From Delftia acidovorans NBRC 14950 (GTDB lineage Bacteria > Pseudomonadota > Gammaproteobacteria > Burkholderiales > Burkholderiaceae_C): a stretch of DNA of 32,000 nucleotides. This document shows, piece by piece, positions 21,501 to 32,000 of this stretch. Under the pieces are notes generated by a model. It was given only the letters and a program-made list of their open reading frames with translations, was not told where the DNA came from and searched no databases. A program made the position numbers and the translations under genes. Numbering within the stretch: position 1 is the stretch's first letter; each line of letters starts with the position of its first letter. The stretch lies in assembly GCF_001598795.1 (NCBI RefSeq), contig NZ_BCZP01000001.1, positions 1 through 32,000 of the forward strand, written 5' to 3'.

Positions 21501-22916
21501 ATGGCCCACGAATTCAAGGACATCGATCCGAACGCGCCCGCAGGCGCCAAGCTCACGAACTGGTTCGAGAACCGTTTTCCAACGGCTTTCGACGCCTACC
21601 GTGTGCACATGTCGGAGTACTACGCTCCGAAGAACTTCAACTTCTGGTACATCTTCGGCTCGCTGGCGCTGCTGGTGCTGGTGATCCAGATCGTCACCGG
21701 CATCTTCCTGGTGATGCACTACAAGCCGGACGCCGAGAAGGCGTTCGCCTCGGTCGAGTACATCATGCGCGATGTGCCCTGGGGCTGGCTGATCCGCTAC
21801 ATGCACTCCACGGGCGCGTCGGCCTTCTTCGTTGTCGTCTATCTGCACATGTTCCGTGGCCTTCTGTACGGTTCGTACCGCAAGCCGCGTGAACTGGTCT
21901 GGATCTTCGGCTGCGCCATCTTCCTGGTGCTGATGGCCGAGGCCTTCATGGGCTACCTGCTGCCCTGGGGCCAGATGTCGTACTGGGGCGCCCAGGTGAT
22001 TGTGAACCTGTTCTCGGCGATCCCCTTCATCGGCCCGGACCTGGCGCTGCTGATCCGTGGCGACTACGTGGTGGGCGATGCCACGCTCAACCGCTTCTTC
22101 AGCTTCCACGTGATCGCCGTGCCCCTGGTGCTGCTGGGCTTGGTCGTGGCCCACTTGCTGGCGCTGCACGACGTGGGCTCCAACAATCCGGACGGCATCG
22201 AGATCAAGGGCCCCAACGCGCCCAAGGACGCCAAGGGCCATCCGCTGGACGGCATCCCCTTCCATCCCTACTACACGGTGCACGACATCTTCGGCGTGAC
22301 GGTGTTCCTGTTCCTGTTCTCGGCCGTGGTGTTCTTCGCGCCCGAGTTCGGCGGCTACTTCCTGGAGTACAACAACTTCATTCCGGCCGATCCGCTGAAG
22401 ACGCCTTCGCACATTGCGCCGGTCTGGTACTTCACGCCGTTCTACTCGATGCTGCGTGCCATCACCAGCGAGATGATGTATGTGCTGATCGCCTGCGTGT
22501 TGCTGGGTGCGGGCTTTGGCGTGCTCAAGTCGCGCCTGCCGGCAGCCGTCAAGGGCGTGGTCGCCATCGTGGCCCTGGGCGTCATCGCCATGATGCTGTC
22601 CATCGACGCCAAGTTCTGGGGCGTGCTGGTGATGGGTGGCGCCGTGATCATCCTGTTCGCGCTGCCCTGGCTTGATTGCAGCCCGGTCAAGTCCATCCGC
22701 TATCGTCCGAGCTGGCACAAGTACCTCTACGGCATCTTCGTGATCAACTTCGTGATCCTGGCCTATCTCGGTGTGCAGCCGCCTTCGCCCATCGGCGAGC
22801 GCGTGTCCCAGGTCGGAACGCTGTTCTACTTCGGCTTCTTCCTGCTGATGCCCTGGTGGAGCCGCCTGGGCAAGACCAAACCCGTTCCCGATCGTGTGAC
22901 GTTCAAGCCGCACTGA
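21501..22916 (+). CDS. petB: Cytochrome b subunit of the bc1 complex
   Basis: ATG 21501 with GAGGGAG about 10 nt upstream. The 471-aa polytopic protein carries typical cytochrome b segments (NFNFWYIFGSLALLVLVIQIVTGIFLVMHY, RYMHSTGASAFFVVVYLHMFRGL, PWGQMSYWGAQVI, PEWYF-like PVWYFTPFYSMLRA). Confidence 0.95.
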   Translation: MAHEFKDIDPNAPAGAKLTNWFENRFPTAFDAYRVHMSEYYAPKNFNFWYIFGSLALLVLVIQIVTGIFLVMHYKPDAEKAFASVEYIMRDVPWGWLIRYMHSTGASAFFVVVYLHMFRGLLYGSYRKPRELVWIFGCAIFLVLMAEAFMGYLLPWGQMSYWGAQVIVNLFSAIPFIGPDLALLIRGDYVVGDATLNRFFSFHVIAVPLVLLGLVVAHLLALHDVGSNNPDGIEIKGPNAPKDAKGHPLDGIPFHPYYTVHDIFGVTVFLFLFSAVVFFAPEFGGYFLEYNNFIPADPLKTPSHIAPVWYFTPFYSMLRAITSEMMYVLIACVLLGAGFGVLKSRLPAAVKGVVAIVALGVIAMMLSIDAKFWGVLVMGGAVIILFALPWLDCSPVKSIRYRPSWHKYLYGIFVINFVILAYLGVQPPSPIGERVSQVGTLFYFGFFLLMPWWSRLGKTKPVPDRVTFKPH

Positions 22917-22933
22917 AGCTGGAGAGAACAACA

Positions 22934-23689
22934 ATGAAGAAACTGATTCTCACGTTGATCGCGGCCCTGGGCATCATGACCGGTGCACAGGCTTCCGAAG
23001 GCGGCATCGCCTGGGACAAGGCCCCGGGCAAGACCAATGACACGGCATCGCTGCAAAACGGCGCCAAGCTGTTCGTCAACTACTGCCTGAGCTGCCACTC
23101 GGCCGCATTCATGCGCTTCAACCGGCTGCAGGACATCGGGCTGACCGAGCAGGAAATCAAGGACAACCTGCTGTTCACCACCGACAAGGTGGGCGAGACC
23201 ATGAAGGCGGCCATCAACCCGAAGGAAGCCAAGGAGTGGTTCGGAGCCAATCCGCCGGATCTGACAGTGATCGCGCGCTCGCGCGCAGGCCACAACGGCA
23301 CGGGCGCCGACTATCTCTACACCTTCCTGCGCACCTTCTACCGCGATGACACCAAGGCCACGGGCTGGAACAACCTGGCCTTCCCCAGCGTGGGCATGCC
23401 CCATGCACTGTGGCAACTGCAGGGCGAGCGCCGTGCCATCTTCGAAGAAGCCGAAGAGCACGGCGTGAAGACCCAGGTTTTCAAGGGGTGGGAGCAGGTC
23501 TCTCCCGGCTCCATGAGCCCAGTGCAGTACGATCAGGCAGTTGGCGATCTGGTGAACTACCTGCAATGGATGGGTGAGCCGGCACAGAACAGCCGCATCC
23601 GCATTGGCGTGGGCGTGCTGCTTTTCCTGGCGGTCTTCATCTTCATTGCATGGCGCCTCAACGCCGCGTTCTGGAAAGACGTCAAATAA
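22934..23689 (+). CDS. petC: Cytochrome c1 subunit of the bc1 complex
   Basis: ATG 22934 after GGAGAG. Signal peptide MKKLILTLIAALGIMTGAQA; haem motif CLSCHS; PPDLTVIARSRAG; C-terminal TM anchor IGVGVLLFLAVFIFIAW. The ORF-track start at 22676 overlaps petB and is rejected. Confidence 0.9.
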   Translation: MKKLILTLIAALGIMTGAQASEGGIAWDKAPGKTNDTASLQNGAKLFVNYCLSCHSAAFMRFNRLQDIGLTEQEIKDNLLFTTDKVGETMKAAINPKEAKEWFGANPPDLTVIARSRAGHNGTGADYLYTFLRTFYRDDTKATGWNNLAFPSVGMPHALWQLQGERRAIFEEAEEHGVKTQVFKGWEQVSPGSMSPVQYDQAVGDLVNYLQWMGEPAQNSRIRIGVGVLLFLAVFIFIAWRLNAAFWKDVK

Positions 23690-23740
23690 AACCGTGACTG
23701 CAGAAGGTCGTGCAAGCGATTGCGCGGCTGAACTGTGTGC

Positions 23741-23773
23741 AGAGTGGGCGCCGCGAGCGACCCACTCTTTTTG
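23741..23773 (+). terminator. Intrinsic terminator after petC
   Basis: AGAGTGGG (23741-23748), 12-nt loop, CCCACTCT (23761-23768), then TTTTT. Confidence 0.65.
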
Positions 23774-23792
23774 ATTTTTAGGAGCCTCCACC

Positions 23793-24404
23793 ATGATGGT
23801 GCTTTATTCGGGAACGACCTGCCCCTTTTCACACCGTTGCCGTTTCGTCCTGTTCGAAAAAGGCATGGACTTCGAGATCCGCGATGTGGACCTGTTCAGC
23901 AAGCCTGAAGACATCAGCGTGATGAACCCGTACGGCCAGGTGCCCATCCTGGTCGAGCGCGACCTGATCCTGTACGAATCGAACATCATCAACGAGTACA
24001 TCGACGAGCGCTTCCCGCATCCCCAACTGATGCCCGGCGACCCGGTGGACCGCGCCCGCGTGCGCCTGTTCCTGCTGAACTTCGAGAAGGAACTGTTCGT
24101 GCACGTGAGCACGCTCGAGGAGCGCAACGTCAAGGGCAACGAAAAGGCCATCGAAAAGGCGCGCGCTCACATCCGCGACCGCCTGACGCAACTGGCTCCC
24201 GTGTTCCTCAAGAACAAGTACATGCTGGGCGAGAACTTCTCCATGCTGGACGTGGCCATTGCCCCGCTGCTGTGGCGCCTGGACTACTACGGCATCGAGG
24301 TGTCCAAGAACGCCGCCCCGCTGCTCAAGTACGCCGAGCGCATCTTCTCGCGCCCTGCCTACATCGAAGCGCTGACGCCTTCCGAGAAGGTGATGCGCAA
24401 GTAA
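23793..24404 (+). CDS. sspA: Stringent starvation protein A (GST-like RNAP-associated protein)
   Basis: AGGAG 9 nt upstream. MVLYSGTTCPFSHRCRFVLFEKGMDFEIRDVDL...VPILVERDLILYESNIINEYIDERFPHPQLMP is colinear with E. coli SspA. Confidence 0.9.
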   Translation: MMVLYSGTTCPFSHRCRFVLFEKGMDFEIRDVDLFSKPEDISVMNPYGQVPILVERDLILYESNIINEYIDERFPHPQLMPGDPVDRARVRLFLLNFEKELFVHVSTLEERNVKGNEKAIEKARAHIRDRLTQLAPVFLKNKYMLGENFSMLDVAIAPLLWRLDYYGIEVSKNAAPLLKYAERIFSRPAYIEALTPSEKVMRK

Positions 24405-24507
24405 TTCGCATCGGTTGACGACTGATTGCGCGGGCAGGGAAGGCGGTCAACCGATCGCCATATCCTGCCCGTTTTCGTATTACGACCACTCTTTTCCTGG
24501 GATCGTC

Positions 24508-25044
24508 ATGACTGCCCCCGAAGCAACTTCCACCCGCCCCTACCTGATCCGGGCCCTGTACGAGTGGTGCACCGACAACGGCTTCACACCCCACATCGCA
24601 GTGCGCGTGGACCGCAACGTGCAGGTGCCGCGCGAGTTCGTGCGCGACGGCGAGATCGTGCTCAACGTCAGCTACGACGCCACCAGCGGCCTGCAGATGG
24701 GCAATGACTTCATCAGCTTCACGGCCCGCTTTGGCGGCAAGCCACGCGAAATCATGGTGCCTGTCGAGCAGGTGATGGCCATCTACGCACGGGAGACCGG
24801 CCAAGGCATGGCTTTCCCGGCGCCGGAGTCGGATGCCGACAACGACAACGACAACGAAGTTTCGGTCGAGCAGGAATCCGATGAGCCTGTGTCGCAGGAC
24901 GCAGTTGCTGAAGTGCCGGCCGAGCCAGCTGCCGACGAACGCGTGGTGCAGCTGGTGAGTATCCAGAGCGAGGGTGATGATGAAGAGCCCCCGCGCACGC
25001 CGCCGCCCTCGGGCACGCGGCCCTCGCTGAAGCTGGTGAAGTAG
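24508..25044 (+). CDS. sspB: Stringent starvation protein B, ClpXP specificity-enhancing adaptor
   Basis: ATG at 24508. TRPYLIRALYEWCTDNGFTPHIAVRVD...VPREFVRDGEIVLNVS...ARFGGKPREIMVPVEQVMAIYARETG, an acidic linker, and a C-terminal RPSLKLVK ClpX-binding tail, as in E. coli SspB (...RPALRVVK). Confidence 0.9.
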   Translation: MTAPEATSTRPYLIRALYEWCTDNGFTPHIAVRVDRNVQVPREFVRDGEIVLNVSYDATSGLQMGNDFISFTARFGGKPREIMVPVEQVMAIYARETGQGMAFPAPESDADNDNDNEVSVEQESDEPVSQDAVAEVPAEPAADERVVQLVSIQSEGDDEEPPRTPPPSGTRPSLKLVK

Positions 25045-25142
25045 GTTTTTCGTACCCTGGGCCTGTGATCACGCGTGCAAGCGGGCTCGCAAGCGCCAGG
25101 AACGGCTGAAGCAGTCTTTTTCTGCGCTAGAATTCGTGCTTC

Positions 25143-25218
25143 GCCGGTTTAGCTCAGTTGGTAGAGCACCCGCCTTGTAAGCGGTAGGTCGTCAGTTCGA
25201 ATCCGACAACCGGCACCA
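25143..25218 (+). tRNA. tRNA-Thr (anticodon UGU), CCA encoded
   Basis: Cloverleaf folded by hand. Acceptor GCCGGTT/AACCGGC; D arm GCTC-AGTTGGTA-GAGC; anticodon stem-loop CCCGC-CTTGTAA-GCGGT, with TGT at positions 34-36; T arm GTCAG-TTCGAAT-CCGAC, with one A-C mismatch; discriminator A; CCA. Confidence 0.85.
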
Positions 25219-25220
25219 AA

Positions 25221-25244
25221 AGGTCTCCTTCGGAGGCCTTTTTT
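25221..25244 (+). terminator. Intrinsic terminator after tRNA-Thr
   Basis: AGGTCTCC, loop TTC, GGAGGCCT (one G-U pair), then TTTTT. Confidence 0.7.
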
Positions 25245-25287
25245 CATTGCTTTCTTCATTTCCGGCCGCGTTTGTTTCAGCGGCCGA

Positions 25288-25626
25288 TCAGGCCTGCACT
25301 TTGAGCCGGATCTCGGTCACATCCCACCCCTTGGTGCGCAGGTGGGCGGCCATGGCGGGAAGCAACTGGCGGATCTTGGCGGCTGCCGCATTGTTTCGCA
25401 CCAGCAGGCACCAGGTGCTGCCCTCGATGGGGCCCGCCTGCAGGCTGGCGCGCAGCAGCGGCGGCACCAGGGGCAGGATGGCCGTCAGGCGATTGCTGGA
25501 GTCCCGGGTGAGCTGTGCGAGCCGCGCCAGCGTGGGCGAGTTCTCGACGGCGTGCAGGGCGGTGACGGCGTGGTGGCGGCGTGTGAAGGTCATGGGCTTG
25601 AAGGGCTGGACTGGCAGCGTTGGCAT
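25288..25626 (-). CDS. DUF721/DciA-like small protein, divergent from secA
   Basis: 112 aa. The pattern ...AGPIEGSTWCLLVRNNAAAAKIRQLLPAMAAHLRTKGWDVTEIRLKV fits the DUF721 pattern (G.L.L.V.S.AWA..LR.....L...L...G..V..I.F.V). Call is by eye only. Confidence 0.55.
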   Translation of the reverse strand: MPTLPVQPFKPMTFTRRHHAVTALHAVENSPTLARLAQLTRDSSNRLTAILPLVPPLLRASLQAGPIEGSTWCLLVRNNAAAAKIRQLLPAMAAHLRTKGWDVTEIRLKVQA

Positions 25627-25860
25627 GCGCCGGCCCGGAGGGTCGTTATAGCAGCATCTGCGGGGTGGCGCGGGTCCGGGGATTCGGGTTCGGGGCTGTG
25701 CGGCTGCATGCGTCGGCCTGCCTGAAAGAGGGTTGGACAGAGGCAGTTAGAATCAATTGTTCGGTTCTCGCTTCGGCCCGGTCGCATGTGTTCTTCAGAA
25801 GAGCACTTGCAGGCAGGTGGAGCGGCCCCATCTGAAATCCAACAATCTAGGGATTCCAGG

Positions 25861-25901
25861 CACACCGCAGTCCGCTTCAGCGGGCGGCGGTGTGTCTTTT
25901 T
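25861..25901 (+). promoter_or_regulatory. Terminator-like hairpin in the secA leader, ending 4 nt before the secA ATG
   Basis: CACACCGC (25861-25868) pairs with GCGGTGTG (25887-25894). An inner TCCGC/GCGGG stem sits around a TTCA loop, followed by TCTTTTT (25895-25901). No recognisable SD lies before ATG 25905. Confidence 0.5.
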
Positions 25902-25904
25902 CGC

Positions 25905-28652
<2,748 letters not shown>

Positions 28653-28686
28653 TGCGGCGGGCGTCGTAAGACACCGCAAGACACGG

Positions 28687-28724
28687 AAAACGGCACGGAT
28701 GCACTCCGTGCCGTTTTCTTTTTT
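28687..28724 (+). terminator. Intrinsic terminator after secA
   Basis: AAAACGGCACGG (28687-28698), 7-nt loop, CCGTGCCGTTTT (28706-28717), then CTTTTTT. Confidence 0.8.
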
Positions 28725-28802
28725 AAGGTCGATGAAATACGTGCCGCTCCGGTTTGTTCCGATAATGGAGCGCGTTTTTCTTTCACTGTAGGAAGCCCCT
28801 CA

Positions 28803-30035
28803 ATGCCTGTGAATCTCTCCGCTCCCGTGCACGCCGACCTGTTGGCGATCGACGGCGTTCGCATCGGCGTCACCGAAGCCGGTGTGCGCAAGGCCAACCG
28901 CAAGGACCTGTCCGTGTTCCTGCTCGACGAGGGCGCTTCGGTGGCTGGCGTGTTCACACAGAACCGTTTCTGCGCAGCGCCTGTGCAGGTCAGCCGCGAG
29001 CATCTGGTTCAGACAGCGGGCGCCATCCGTGCCATGGTCATCAACACAGGCAATGCCAATGCGGGCACCGGCGCCGACGGCCTGGCACGTGCGCGCCGTA
29101 CCTGCGCAGATCTGGCAGCGCTGCTGCAGCTCAAGCCCGAGCAGATCCTGCCGTTCTCCACTGGCGTGATCATGGAAGAGCTGCCTGTGGACCGCATTGC
29201 AGCCGGCCTGCCGGCCGCCATTGCTGCAGCCAAGGCCGACAACTGGGGCACGGCTGCCGAGGGCATCATGACCACCGACACCCTGCCCAAGGCCTTCAGC
29301 CGGGCCGTGGACATTGGCGGCAAGCGTGTGAGCATCACCGGCATCAGCAAGGGCGCGGGCATGATCCGCCCCAACATGGCGACCATGCTGGGCTTTCTGG
29401 CCACCGATGCGGCCATCGCTCCCGAGCTGCTGCAGCCCCTGGTCAAGGAACTGGCCGACGGCTCGTTCAACCGCGTGACCATCGACGGCGACACATCGAC
29501 CAACGATTCCTTTGTGCTGGTGGCCACGCACAAGGCCGGCAATGCGCAGATCACTTCGCTGACCAGCGCCGAAGGCCAGGCCCTGAAGGCTGCATTGCTG
29601 GATGTGTCGCGTTTGCTGGCCCAGGCCATCGTGCGCGACGGCGAAGGTGCCACCAAGTTCATCACCATCAAGGTGGAGGGTGGCAAGACCGAGGCCGAGT
29701 GCCGCCTGGTGGCCTACTCCATCGCGCATTCGCCCCTGGTCAAGACGGCGTTCTTTGCCAGCGACCCGAACCTGGGCCGCATCCTCGCGGCGGTTGGCTA
29801 TGCTAGCATCGACGATCTGGACCAGACCAAGATCGACCTGTACCTGAACGATGTGCATGTCGCAGTCAATGGCGGCCGCAACCCTGCCTATCAGGAGGAA
29901 GACGGCCAGCGCGTGATGAAGCAGCAGGAGATCATCGTGCGCGTGCTACTGGGCCGAGGGGAGGCCGAGCAGACCGTGTGGACCTGCGATCTGAGCCACG
30001 ACTACGTGAGCATCAACGCCGACTACCGCTCCTGA
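28803..30035 (+). CDS. argJ: Bifunctional glutamate N-acetyltransferase / amino-acid acetyltransferase ArgJ
   Basis: 410 aa. Motifs [11 protein letters not shown] and [21 protein letters not shown] (autoproteolytic T site), plus the C-terminal [18 protein letters not shown] typical of ArgJ. Confidence 0.95.
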   Translation: MPVNLSAPVHADLLAIDGVRIGVTEAGVRKANRKDLSVFLLDEGASVAGVFTQNRFCAAPVQVSREHLVQTAGAIRAMVINTGNANAGTGADGLARARRTCADLAALLQLKPEQILPFSTGVIMEELPVDRIAAGLPAAIAAAKADNWGTAAEGIMTTDTLPKAFSRAVDIGGKRVSITGISKGAGMIRPNMATMLGFLATDAAIAPELLQPLVKELADGSFNRVTIDGDTSTNDSFVLVATHKAGNAQITSLTSAEGQALKAALLDVSRLLAQAIVRDGEGATKFITIKVEGGKTEAECRLVAYSIAHSPLVKTAFFASDPNLGRILAAVGYASIDDLDQTKIDLYLNDVHVAVNGGRNPAYQEEDGQRVMKQQEIIVRVLLGRGEAEQTVWTCDLSHDYVSINADYRS

Positions 30036-30200
30036 CTCTCCACCCACCGTGCCGCCGGCAGCCGCAGGCCTTGTGCCTGGCTGCTGCCAGCTTTCAATGG
30101 CGGCCGGCGCGCAAAAGCTCTGGCGTTGGCATGAGATCCATCTCGATTCCCGGGCATATCCAGCGTCGGTGGCCGTGAGATCCGTATTCGAGAGACATCC

Positions 30201-31157
30201 ATGACATTGCCCACAGAAGCCGTCGCCGCCCCCTTGCTGCAACTCGTGCAGCGCGCCGAGCAGCTGATGCAGCGCATCGAGGCCATCCTGCCCCAGCCGC
30301 TGCAATCCCCCGCAGACTGGAATACCGCGATCGCCTGGCGCTATCGCAAGCGCGCCAACGGCTGCGGTTTGCTGGAGCCCGTGCGCCACGTCGGCGCCAT
30401 GCAACTGTCCGACCTGCAGAACATCGATGTGCAAAAGGACAAGATCGCGCGCAATACCGAGCAGTTCGTGACCGGCCGCACGGCCAACAACGTGCTGCTC
30501 ACCGGCGCGCGCGGCACGGGCAAATCCTCGCTGATCCGTGCCTGCCTGCATGCCTTTGCGTCGCAGGGCCTGCGCCTGATCGAGGTGGACAAGGCCGATC
30601 TGACGGACCTGCCCGACATCGTCGATGTGGTGGCCGGCCGGCCCGAGAAGTTCATCATCTATTGCGACGATCTGAGCTTTGAGGAAGGCGAGCCTGGCTA
30701 CAAGGCCCTGAAGTCCATTCTGGATGGATCAGTCAGCGCCGCCAGCCCGAACGTGCTGGTCTATGCGACCAGCAATCGCCGCCATCTGCTGCCGGAGTAC
30801 CAGTCCGAGAATCTGACCTACCAGCGCGGCGAGGATGGGGAGCTGCATCCCGGCGAGGTGATTGAGGAAAAGATCTCCTTGTCCGAGCGCTTCGGCCTGT
30901 GGGTGAGCTTCTATCCCTTCAGCCAGGACGAGTACCTGCGCGTGGTGGCGCAATGGCTGGAAGCCCTGGGACTGGACCAGGCCACGATCGAGGCCGCGCG
31001 TCCTGAGGCCCTGGTCTGGGCGCTGGAGCGTGGCTCGCGCAGCGGCCGTGTGGCCCATCAGTTCGCCCGTGACTATGCGGGCCGCGCCGAGCGCCCGAAC
31101 CAGCGCCAGACTGGCATCGCCGATGTCCAAGGGCTGGCCGAAGAGGCCGAACTCTGA
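30201..31157 (+). CDS. DUF815-type AAA/P-loop ATPase of unknown function
   Basis: 318 aa. Walker A is LLTGARGTGKSSL; Walker B-like is FIIYCDDLSFEE. Overall resemblance to the conserved DUF815 family. Confidence 0.75.
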   Translation: MTLPTEAVAAPLLQLVQRAEQLMQRIEAILPQPLQSPADWNTAIAWRYRKRANGCGLLEPVRHVGAMQLSDLQNIDVQKDKIARNTEQFVTGRTANNVLLTGARGTGKSSLIRACLHAFASQGLRLIEVDKADLTDLPDIVDVVAGRPEKFIIYCDDLSFEEGEPGYKALKSILDGSVSAASPNVLVYATSNRRHLLPEYQSENLTYQRGEDGELHPGEVIEEKISLSERFGLWVSFYPFSQDEYLRVVAQWLEALGLDQATIEAARPEALVWALERGSRSGRVAHQFARDYAGRAERPNQRQTGIADVQGLAEEAEL

Positions 31158-31167
31158 CAAGCCTGCT

Positions 31168-31196
31168 GCCCGGCCTTGGGGCCGGGCGGTTTTTTG
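31168..31196 (+). terminator. Intrinsic terminator after the DUF815 gene
   Basis: GCCCGGCC (31168-31175), loop TTGG, GGCCGGGC (31180-31187), then GGTTTTTT. Confidence 0.72.
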
Positions 31197-31207
31197 CGAA
31201 AGATCAA

Positions 31208-31726
31208 GTGACTGAAAAAGAAATCTCCCTGAACACCGGCGCCGATGCTGCCCAGTCTCAAACGCCGTCTCAAGCGCCGGCCCAGCGCAAACACACCGAA
31301 GTCGCCGTTGGCGTGCTCCTGCGCGAGTCCGATGGCGCGCTGCTGATCACCAGCCGGCCGCCTGGCAAGCCCTATGCCGGCTATTGGGAGTTCCCGGGTG
31401 GGAAGATCGAATCCGGCGAAACCGTGGAGCAGGCATTGCGTCGCGAGCTTCAGGAAGAGCTGGGCGTCGAGATCGCAGCAGCCCCCGTCTGGAAGGTCAC
31501 CGAGCATGACTATCCGCATGCCCTGGTGCGCCTACACTGGTGCAAGATCACGCGTTGGAGCGGGGAGTTCGAGATGCGAGAAGGCCAGCAGATGGCCTGG
31601 CAGCAACTTCCGCTGCAGGTGCAGCCGGTGCTGCCTGGCGCCTATCCGGTGCTGCAATGGCTCAGCGAGGAACGTGGGCTGCCTTTTGATGTCGGCTTCT
31701 ACGAGGCAGGCCAACCGAAAGTCTGA
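31208..31726 (+). CDS. mutT: NUDIX hydrolase, MutT-like 8-oxo-dGTP diphosphatase
   Basis: GTG start at 31208. NUDIX box GYWEFPGGKIESGETVEQALRRELQEELGV. Colinear with E. coli MutT (LEFPGGKIEMGETPEQAVVRELQEEVGI). Confidence 0.85.
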   Translation: MTEKEISLNTGADAAQSQTPSQAPAQRKHTEVAVGVLLRESDGALLITSRPPGKPYAGYWEFPGGKIESGETVEQALRRELQEELGVEIAAAPVWKVTEHDYPHALVRLHWCKITRWSGEFEMREGQQMAWQQLPLQVQPVLPGAYPVLQWLSEERGLPFDVGFYEAGQPKV

Positions 31727-31736
31727 ACAGGCCTGA

Positions 31737-31985
31737 TCAGGGTTCAGTGCGAGGATCGCCGAAGGGCGAGTCCTCGGGAGGCATGGGCGCAGGCACGCGG
31801 AATTCCTCGTTGGCCCAGGCGCCCAGGTCGATCTGGTAGCAGCGCTCGCTGCAAAAGGGCCGAAAGCGGTTGGCCGGCGCGAACAGGCTGGGGCCGCTGC
31901 AGGTCGGGCAGCGCACCGTGGGCCCTGCGGATGCGGATGCGGATGCGGATGATGCATCGACAGAGGGCGTGGCTTTCGTGGACAT
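31737..31985 (-). CDS. yacG: Zinc-binding DNA gyrase inhibitor YacG
   Basis: [42 protein letters not shown] parallels E. coli YacG ([42 protein letters not shown]). The N-terminal extension contains a Ser/Ala repeat. Confidence 0.85.
   Translation of the reverse strand: MSTKATPSVDASSASASASAGPTVRCPTCSGPSLFAPANRFRPFCSERCYQIDLGAWANEEFRVPAPMPPEDSPFGDPRTEP
31927..31950. repeat. Hexanucleotide tandem repeat (GCGGAT) x4 within the yacG 5' region
   Basis: Units at 31927, 31933, 31939 and 31945. On the coding (minus) strand they encode the SASASASA stretch. Confidence 0.9.
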
Positions 31986-32000
31986 GCCGGCAGTCTTTTT

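Noticed and set aside
24838-24855. (GACAAC)x3 repeat encoding DNDNDN in sspB.
   Set aside because: It lies in the naturally acidic, poorly conserved linker of SspB. It is an ordinary short in-frame repeat with no further implication.
25143-25218. tRNA-Thr as a possible genomic-island integration site.
   Set aside because: It is flanked on both sides by conserved housekeeping genes (sspB; DUF721/secA). There is no integrase and no direct repeat of the tRNA 3' end, and it lies 9 kb from the accessory region.

Overview
High-GC proteobacterial chromosome segment, roughly 60-70% GC in hand-counted core samples. The gene order in the right half (petABC-sspAB-tRNA-Thr, DUF721<>secA-argJ) looks betaproteobacterial or Burkholderiales-like, but I cannot verify this without a search. 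All domain calls are by eye from the translations; no HMM or BLAST was run.

(1) nt 1 to about 16.5 kb is accessory. It starts with the tail of an Ig-repeat exoprotein. Next is a 1501-aa signal-peptide protein with beta-helix, Ig-like and transthyretin/CarboxypepD_reg-like modules, ending in a ~165-aa Gly-rich, Cys-punctuated tail with GPGGX repeats. Then comes a 1352-aa Rhs/YD-repeat polymorphic toxin that carries a Sec-type signal peptide and no PAAR.

Downstream is a low-GC toxin-tip/immunity array containing:
- CT1 (92 aa) with a TPR immunity candidate.
- A decayed displaced rhs junction.
- A 5'-truncated orphan rhs with an 85-aa Cys-rich tip and a lipoprotein-like immunity candidate.
- An immunity-like membrane protein whose upstream toxin position is occupied by IS5 debris.
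- A third rhs junction remnant, split by a 532-bp element with perfect 22-bp terminal inverted repeats. That element carries IS481-like and IS427-like transposase fragments, the latter frameshifted by an 8-bp microsatellite.
- An IS3-type transposase tail.
- A convergent ~50%-GC beta-helix/Ig/LamG exoprotein.

(2) nt 16.9-32 kb is ordinary core: MFS transporter, ybgI, pdxA, mscL, petABC, sspAB, tRNA-Thr(UGU), DUF721, secA, argJ, DUF815 ATPase, mutT-like NUDIX and yacG, with several clean intrinsic terminators.

The best candidate for something undescribed is the apparent operon pairing the giant Gly-tailed exoprotein with a signal-peptide, PAAR-less Rhs, together with two small unassigned toxin tips and their cognate immunity candidates.
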